Below, one piece after another: positions 26,484-32,000 of a stretch of 32,000 nucleotides of DNA (the stretch's first letter is position 1; each line of letters begins with the position of its first letter). Location of the stretch: assembly GCF_000186885.1 (NCBI RefSeq), contig NC_014972.1, positions 1,620,001 through 1,652,000 of the forward strand. The letters run 5' to 3'. Both the position numbers and the translations under genes were made by a program. The DNA is from Desulfobulbus propionicus DSM 2032 (GTDB lineage Bacteria; Desulfobacterota; Desulfobulbia; Desulfobulbales; Desulfobulbaceae). A model generated the notes under the pieces. It was not told the DNA's origin, did not search any database, and worked only from the letters and a program-made list of their open reading frames with translations.

Positions 26484-26935
26484 AAGTCGTCAAGCGAATA
26501 ATCATAATGTTATCTTTAAGCTTAGTTGTATTAATGCTAAGTTTTTTATTAAAAAATTATGTGTTTGATAAAGCAATCTTACACTTAAAGGAAGAAAATC
26601 ATGAATATGCTCTTTATTATTTGAAGCCATTGGCATTTGTTGGGTATTCTGAAGCGCAAAAAATTCTTGGTGAATGTTTTGCTTTTGGCCATGGTGTTGA
26701 AAAAAACAAGGAAAAAGCTAAATACTGGTTAAGACGTGCTCATGATGGCAGTGACTGTAACAGCGATCGATGTATCGCTGCCGATTTATATTTTATCGGT
26801 GAAAATTATTTAGAAGGAGTTGGTGTTGAGATTAATCGTGAAGAAGCTATGAATTGGATTAAAATGGCGGCAGATAACGGCTACCCCAAGGCTGTTGAAT
26901 ATATGTCTCAACCCCGGAGCCCTGAAGCTCGATAG
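26480..26935 (+). CDS. Sel1-like repeat protein with N-terminal membrane anchor; cognate immunity candidate for CT1
   Basis: Its ATG overlaps the rhs stop (ATGA at 26480-26483). N-terminal hydrophobic segment IIIMLSLSLVVLMLSFLL. Sel1/SLR motifs: AQKILGECFAFGHGVEKNKEKAKYWLRRA and YFIGENYLEGVGVEINREEAMNWIKMAADNGYPKA. AT-rich like CT1. Confidence 0.75.
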   Translation: MKVVKRIIIMLSLSLVVLMLSFLLKNYVFDKAILHLKEENHEYALYYLKPLAFVGYSEAQKILGECFAFGHGVEKNKEKAKYWLRRAHDGSDCNSDRCIAADLYFIGENYLEGVGVEINREEAMNWIKMAADNGYPKAVEYMSQPRSPEAR

Positions 26936-26990
26936 CTTGAAATTAGGGGAGGCACCAAGATGTTTCTCTCCCACCTGGCGCTCACCCACC

Positions 26991-28880
26991 AGCGGCAACC
27001 CGACCGTACTCATCCCCGAGGGCTTGGCCAGGGCGACACTGCTCCAGGGTGGAGCTGCCCTGGCGAACACCCAGGTGGTGGCGATCAGTGACAGCGATCC
27101 CGACCATCCCCAAAGCCTGACCAGCGATGCCAGCGGCGTGGCCGAATTGCGTTTGCCGGCCGGCTCCTACACCTTCAAGGCTACCCTGGGTGAAACCGTG
27201 TACCAGGGCATCGGCACGGTGCTCGCCGACCAGACCACCAACGTCACCCTCAATCTGGGGACAAGTACCCTGTCTATCACTGTGCGCAAGAATGAGACCA
27301 CCGTCCTGCCTGGCGTTGTCTGCTCTCTCTATACGGCCGAAGGCGAACCGCTTGACCGCAGCGCCACCACCGATGGTTCCGGCGTGGCCTCCTTTGCGGT
27401 GGAGGCTGGGACCTATCGGGTCCAAGCCCGGTATCTGGGCTATGACTTCACCAGCGAGGTGATTGAAACACCGGCGGTTCTCGCCGCCAGCCTCACCATC
27501 CCCTATCGCGACCTGGCCGTTCGCGTGCTCAAGGATCAGGGGCAAGGCACGGAACCGGTCTCCGGGCTGCGCTGTTATCTCTACTCCCTGGGGGAAGGCG
27601 AGGGGCTGAACGCCACCGGGCTCCATGCCGACAGCGACGATCAGGGCATGGTCCATTTTGTGGTGCCCGAGGAGCGGGCCTATTACGCCGTGGCCACCCT
27701 GCTCGGCCGCGAGTTCATCAGCGTGGAAAGCGAGGGCCAGGCCACCCTGACCATCGAGCTGGGCACGATGACGGTTACCGTGCGTGACGACAGTGCGGTC
27801 ACCGAGGCCAATCCCGATGGTTTGGTGCAGGGGGCGGTGGTGGAGCTCTACACCAGTGAAGGGACGGCTCTGGGCCAGGAACTGAGCACCGGGGCCGACG
27901 GCCAGGTCTGCTTCACCCTGCCCGAGGGCAGCTACAAGCTGCGCGTCGGCTATAACGATCAGCAGTTCTGGAGCGGGGTGATCAATACCTATCCCCTGGG
28001 CAACACGCCGGTGGAAATGGTCAATGGCTCCGGCGGTATACTGAGCAGGCTGCACGATCCCCATCCCTCCCTCTGGCACGGAACACCACCGGAATACCGG
28101 CCACTATTGGCCCTGACCTTGGGATCACTGGCCGGGATGCTGACCACCACGTCAACGCCCGTTGCCGCCACGCCCCAGGTGGTCTATTACCTCAACGATC
28201 ATCTGGGCACGGCGCAACTGCTCGTCGACGCCACAGGAATAGTCATCTGGCAGGGTGACGCCCAGCCCTTTGGCCAGGTGACTGAGGTGATCAACCAGAT
28301 CGATCACCGATTCCGCTTCCCCGGCCAGATGGTTGATCCTGAAAGCGGGTTGCATTACAACTGGAACAGGTTTTATGATCCTGCCACTGGGAGGTACCTA
28401 TCACCTGATCCGATTGGGCTGGATGGGGGGACGAATTTGTATGGGTATGTCGGAGGGGATCCGGTGAACTCGATTGATCCGCTTGGATTATTTAATCCCA
28501 CCAAAGGAATTGCTTCACTTGGCAATGCAGCAAACGCTGGTCGGCTGTACGCTGGAGGTGTTTTGAAACTTGGCGCAGCAGCTGGTTTGACAAGCACTGG
28601 GTTAGGGGCACCTGCTGGAACTGGAGTCGCAGCGCTTGGTACATGGAACTTGTGGTCTGCACAATCTGCCTGGAATCGCTCGTTACAACAATGGAATGAG
28701 GCTTGGAATGAAAGTTGGGACGACGCAACGTGGAAAAATCTTCTGGGTATATTGCCCTTTGGTACCGAGTTTGATGACCCTTGTGAGCCTTCGGCATGGG
28801 ATGTCCTGAAAGCTAAAGCAAAGAATTTCAAGGATAAACCTGACGAAATAATCAGAGAAATAGGAACTTGGGGATTCTAA
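26991..28880 (+). CDS. Orphan rhs C-terminal module 1 (array units 8-11 + RHS core + alternative toxin CT2); no credible own start
   Basis: From about 26998 it is colinear and highly similar to main-gene 24547-26036 (PTVLIPEGLARATLLQGG... to ...GGDPVNSIDPLGL, with DPLGL at 28476-28490). It then diverges into an AT-rich 129-aa tip: FNPTKGIASLGNAANAGRLYAGGVLKLGAAAGLTSTGLGAPAGTGVAALGTWNLW... Confidence 0.85.
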   Translation, partial: SGNPTVLIPEGLARATLLQGGAALANTQVVAISDSDPDHPQSLTSDASGVAELRLPAGSYTFKATLGETVYQGIGTVLADQTTNVTLNLGTSTLSITVRKNETTVLPGVVCSLYTAEGEPLDRSATTDGSGVASFAVEAGTYRVQARYLGYDFTSEVIETPAVLAASLTIPYRDLAVRVLKDQGQGTEPVSGLRCYLYSLGEGEGLNATGLHADSDDQGMVHFVVPEERAYYAVATLLGREFISVESEGQATLTIELGTMTVTVRDDSAVTEANPDGLVQGAVVELYTSEGTALGQELSTGADGQVCFTLPEGSYKLRVGYNDQQFWSGVINTYPLGNTPVEMVNGSGGILSRLHDPHPSLWHGTPPEYRPLLALTLGSLAGMLTTTSTPVAATPQVVYYLNDHLGTAQLLVDATGIVIWQGDAQPFGQVTEVINQIDHRFRFPGQMVDPESGLHYNWNRFYDPATGRYLSPDPIGLDGGTNLYGYVGGDPVNSIDPLGLFNPTKGIASLGNAANAGRLYAGGVLKLGAAAGLTSTGLGAPAGTGVAALGTWNLWSAQSAWNRSLQQWNEAWNESWDDATWKNLLGILPFGTEFDDPCEPSAWDVLKAKAKNFKDKPDEIIREIGTWGF

Positions 28881-29042
28881 ATGTCAACCTTTACATTTAT
28901 TACAATTGCTCTCTCTGTAGTTTTTATGATTTACTGCACAGTACTTTATGTTCGGGATCTTAAGGTCGGAAAAGACTCATTTATCAAGAAAACAGGACGG
29001 TGGCTTAAAAACGTAATCGATGTTTTTTTTGGTGCTGGATAG
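28881..29042 (+). CDS. 53-aa single-pass membrane protein; immunity candidate for CT2 (below ORF-track size cutoff)
   Basis: The ATG at 28881 directly abuts the orphan-1 stop (TAA ATG). Translation: MSTFTFITIALSVVFMIYCTVLYVRDLKVGKDSFIKKTGRWLKNVIDVFFGAG*, with TAG at 29040-29042. One clear hydrophobic helix. AT-rich like CT2. Confidence 0.55.
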   Translation: MSTFTFITIALSVVFMIYCTVLYVRDLKVGKDSFIKKTGRWLKNVIDVFFGAG

Positions 29043-29086
29043 CCCTTACATAGGGCCGCCGTTTCAGCCAGATATGTTGCATCGCC

Positions 29087-30979
29087 GCCCTGCCCAACAC
29101 CCAGGTCATGGCGATCAGCGACATCGATCCCGACCATCCCCAAAGCCTGACCACCGACGCTGGCGGCGTGGCCGAATTCCGGTTGCCGGCCGGCTCCTAC
29201 ACCTTCAAGGCCACCCTGGGTGAAACCGTGTACCAGGGCATCGGCACGGTGCTCGCCGACCAGACCACCAACGTCACCCTCAACCTGGGGGCCAGCACCC
29301 TGGCGATCACCGTGCGCACGGACGAAACCACCGTCCTGCCCGGTGTGGTCTGCTCCCTCTATACAGCCGAAGGCGAGCCGCTTAACCGCAGCGCCACCAC
29401 CGATGGTTCCGGCGTGGCCTCCTTTGCGGTGGAGGCTGGGACCTATATGGTCCAAGCCCGGTATCTGGGCTATGACTTCACTCTCGAAGCGATCGAAACA
29501 CCAACGGTTCTCGCCGCCAGCCTCACCATCCCCCATCGCGACCTGGCCGTCCGCGTGTTCAAGGATCAGGGGAACGGCGCGGAACCGGTCTCCGGGCTGC
29601 GCTGTTATCTCTACTCTCTGGGCGAAGGCGAGGGGCTGAACGCCACCGGGCTCCATGCCGACAGTGACGATCAAAGCATGGTTCATTTTGTGGTACCCGA
29701 GGAACGGGCCTATTACACCGTGGCCACCCTGCTCGGCCGCGAGTTCATCAGCGTGGAAAGCGAGGGCCAGGCCACCCTGACCATCGAGCTGGGCACCATG
29801 ACCGTCACCGTGCGCGACGATAGCCAAATCACCGAGGCCAATCCCGATGGTTTGGTACAGGGGGCAGTGGTGACGCTCTACACCAATGAAGGGACAACCC
29901 TGGGCCCGGAACTGAGCACCGGGGCCGACGGCCAGGCCTGCTTCACCCTGCCCGAGGGCAGCTACAAGCTGCGCGTCGGTTATAACGATCAGCAGTTCTG
30001 GAGCGGGGTGATCAATACCTACGCCCTGGGCAACACGCCGGTGGAAATGGTCAATGGCTCCGGCGGCCTGCTCAGCCGGCTGCACGATCCCCATCCCTCC
30101 CGCTGGCACGGGACGCCACCGCAATACCGGCCACTATTGGCCCTGGCCTCGGAGTCGCTGGCCGGGATGCTGACCACCACGTCAACCCCGGTTACCGCCA
30201 CGCCCCAGGTGGTCTATTATCTCAACGATCACTTGGGCACAGCGCAACTGCTCGTCGACGCCGCAGGGACCGTGATCTGGCAGGGCGACACCCAGCCCTT
30301 TGGCCAGGTGACCGAGGTGATCAACCAGATCGATCACCGATTCCGCTTCCCCGGCCAGATGGTTGATCCTGAGAGCGGGTTGTATTACAACTGGCACAGG
30401 TTTTATGATCCTTCCACGGGGAGGTACCTATCCGCTGACCTGATTGGGTTGAATGGGGGGATTAATCTCTTTGCTTATGTTGGTGGCGATCCGGTGAATT
30501 TGATCGATTTAGAGGGACTTGCTGGTTGCAAGGTACTGTTTCCCAACATGCCTATTGATACAGGTATGGGTTTTACATCAACAAGTCTTGGAGGTCACGG
30601 AGGAATTCTTACCTATGATACCAATGGTACAACTAAGTATTACGAGTATGGGCGTTATCCAGCGAGCCAAGCTGTTGGATCAGGCTTGCCTTCAGATGAA
30701 GGCAATGTTCGTCGACTTAGCGTACCCAACCTACAGCTAGATAAAAACGGTCAACCAACCCCTGAGTCACTGGCGGCATTGAAAGAGTTTCTTGAGAAAA
30801 AAGCTGGGAAGGATACAGATTCTGAGTTGACTTGTGACGCTAATGCTGATGAGAAAAAAATTCTTGATTATATTGATAAAATTTCCAAAGATCCGAAGCG
30901 ACCTAAATATAAATGGAATCCATGGAACAGTAATCATTGTCGCGATTTTGCTACACGGGCATATAATTCAGGGCGATAA
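29087..30979 (+). CDS. Orphan rhs C-terminal module 2 (array units 8-11 + degenerate RHS core + alternative toxin CT3)
   Basis: Similarity to the main gene begins at about 29087 (ALPNTQVMAISDIDPDHPQSL versus ALANTQVLAISESDPDHPKSL at about 24603) and runs to GGDPVNLIDLEGL (30506-30520). An AT-rich 152-aa tip follows (AGCKVLFPNMPID...GGHGGILTYD...NSNHCRDFATRAYNSGR). The in-frame ATG at 29108 has no SD. Confidence 0.85.
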   Translation, partial: ALPNTQVMAISDIDPDHPQSLTTDAGGVAEFRLPAGSYTFKATLGETVYQGIGTVLADQTTNVTLNLGASTLAITVRTDETTVLPGVVCSLYTAEGEPLNRSATTDGSGVASFAVEAGTYMVQARYLGYDFTLEAIETPTVLAASLTIPHRDLAVRVFKDQGNGAEPVSGLRCYLYSLGEGEGLNATGLHADSDDQSMVHFVVPEERAYYTVATLLGREFISVESEGQATLTIELGTMTVTVRDDSQITEANPDGLVQGAVVTLYTNEGTTLGPELSTGADGQACFTLPEGSYKLRVGYNDQQFWSGVINTYALGNTPVEMVNGSGGLLSRLHDPHPSRWHGTPPQYRPLLALASESLAGMLTTTSTPVTATPQVVYYLNDHLGTAQLLVDAAGTVIWQGDTQPFGQVTEVINQIDHRFRFPGQMVDPESGLYYNWHRFYDPSTGRYLSADLIGLNGGINLFAYVGGDPVNLIDLEGLAGCKVLFPNMPIDTGMGFTSTSLGGHGGILTYDTNGTTKYYEYGRYPASQAVGSGLPSDEGNVRRLSVPNLQLDKNGQPTPESLAALKEFLEKKAGKDTDSELTCDANADEKKILDYIDKISKDPKRPKYKWNPWNSNHCRDFATRAYNSGR

Positions 30980-30981
30980 AC

Positions 30982-31323
30982 ATGAAGAAATTGACGCTGT
31001 TTCTTTTGCTTTCTCTATCTGTTAGTATAATTTGCTGTGCTTTTTTTGCCTATTTTTGGATAGATAGGTCTATCTCTCTTGACTATCTCCAACAATCTTA
31101 TGAAACTGAGCGAAGTTCTGTAGCAAATTTACAAAAATTAATTGCTTCGGAATGGAAGGGTTTACCTGAAGGGCAAGTACAAAAAAAACTAGAGCAAGTA
31201 GCAGCTAAATCGCCAGAACGTCGCATTGTTGTAAAAAAAGAGGGTTCGATCATTTGGTTCGATCAGGTTCCTTTCAATATCGAGCAAGGAAGACTCGATA
31301 GCGTGGGGCCAAGTACTCGTTAA
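30982..31323 (+). CDS. 113-aa membrane-anchored protein; immunity candidate for CT3
   Basis: It starts 2 nt after the orphan-2 stop. N-terminal hydrophobic anchor MKKLTLFLLLSLSVSIICCAFFAYFWI, then a soluble domain. AT-rich. Confidence 0.6.
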   Translation: MKKLTLFLLLSLSVSIICCAFFAYFWIDRSISLDYLQQSYETERSSVANLQKLIASEWKGLPEGQVQKKLEQVAAKSPERRIVVKKEGSIIWFDQVPFNIEQGRLDSVGPSTR

Positions 31324-31651
31324 CCTGTTATTTAGAGGAGTTCAGGGTAAACCCGATAAGGCGGGCACAGCCCCACCGTGGCCGCCGTTACTCATCTTTC
31401 CCCCCTCGCGCGGCGACAAGCCACGGGCAATATTCTCAATCGCCATTCCCCAGGCGTGTAGGTATAGGGGGAGATCTTGAACCTTGAATCGTTCCAGAGA
31501 GTCTTCTCTGCATGACCCAACCACTCCGCATAGAACCGCCTGACGTCGCAGACCTTGCCCAAAGCAAGATAACGTCTATACGGTGTGTTGCAACGTACGC
31601 AACAAGCAGGCCGGGCTTGTCGATGCCGCACGATAAGGGGACACATTTATT

Positions 31652-32000
31652 TCCTCGGCCTCCGGCTCCTACCTCAATCAGTCGGTCACCACCTCCAGCA
31701 CCGGCGAGGCGGCGTACAACCTGGCCGATGGCAGTTACCGGGTCACGGCCAACTATCCGGGGTATGAATACAGCACCGATCCGTTCACCGTCCCCCTGGT
31801 CGCCTCCCAGGCCCTGGCTATTCCCCACCTGGCCCACACGGTCTCGGTGGTCCGGAGCTACCAGAACAACCGCGTGGCCTTGGCCAACATCGAGGCCACG
31901 CTGTGCACTGTGGACGGTACCCCCCTGGCGCTCACCGCCGCCACCGGAGCCGACGTCACCCTGCAATGGAGTCTTCCGGCACAGGCCTATGCGGTTCAGG
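31652..32000 (+). CDS. Orphan rhs module 3, 5' portion (array units 6-7 onward); continues beyond the window
   Basis: Not in the ORF track because it has no stop in the window. The frame starting at 31655 reads SASGSYLNQSVTTSSTGEAAYNLADGSYRVTANYPGYEYSTDPFTVPLVASQALAIPHLAHTVSVVRSYQNNRVALANIEATLCTVDGTPLALTAATGADVTLQWSLPAQAYAVQ. This is colinear with main-gene 24148-24500. Confidence 0.85.

Noticed and set aside
26944-26962. GGGGAGG followed 7-9 nt later by ATG (26960), looking like a start site for orphan 1
   Set aside because: The ATG is out of frame with the rhs-homologous reading frame and opens only a short ORF.
26895-26990. TTG start at 26895 for the 661-aa ORF (orphan 1), overlapping the end of the Sel1 gene
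   Set aside because: It has no SD and overlaps the immunity gene. Similarity to the main rhs gene begins only at about 26998. The upstream extension is probably fortuitously open.
19944-30124. Series of long minus-strand ORFs (19944-21671, 22503-23420, 23424-25052, 25059-25640, 26982-28079, 28946-30124)
   Set aside because: All are antisense to the rhs gene or its orphan fragments. They are Gly/Arg/Ala-rich and low-complexity, as expected from the reverse complement of GC-rich repeats. The plus-strand products carry clear YD, core and domain motifs.

Overview
The window has two parts. Positions 1-9700 are a conserved housekeeping block. It holds a partial HDOD-GGDEF signalling gene (minus strand), tRNA-Val, thrS, infC (ATT start), rpmI, rplT, pheS, pheT, an IHF/HU-family gene, a MerR-family gene and tRNA-Pro(GGG). 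This gene order resembles Desulfuromonadales-type Deltaproteobacteria, but that is a low-confidence inference. Positions 9700-32000 are an accessory island that starts at the 3' end of tRNA-Pro. Its contents, in order: (1) a tyrosine integrase; (2) a nest of dead IS4-family elements, with two diverged inverted copies of one IS flanking and splitting a second IS whose two halves now lie on opposite strands; (3) an orphan hypothetical ORF; (4) scars comprising a hemerythrin fragment, a third internally deleted IS copy and a fragment of a second integrase; (5) a co-directional three-gene module encoding two signal-peptide proteins built from Ig-like repeats (one with three near-identical 318-bp tandem units) and a 2259-aa signal-peptide RHS/YD-repeat polymorphic toxin. 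The RHS protein has an unusual insertion of about 2.7 kb. It encodes 11 beta-sandwich (CarboxypepD_reg-like) domains, organised as a three-domain super-repeat, and sits between the last YD repeats and the RHS C-terminal core (DPxGL). After DPWGL comes an AT-rich DUF2778/Tlde1-like (L,D-transpeptidase-fold) toxin domain, followed by a translationally coupled Sel1-repeat immunity gene. Downstream are at least three orphan rhs C-terminal modules. Each repeats the end of the beta-sandwich array plus the core and carries a different toxin tip and its own small membrane-anchored immunity gene. One of these immunity genes is a 53-codon ORF below the ORF-track cutoff. No T6SS, PAAR, VgrG or two-partner-secretion genes are visible in the window. 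No CRISPR array or rRNA was seen.
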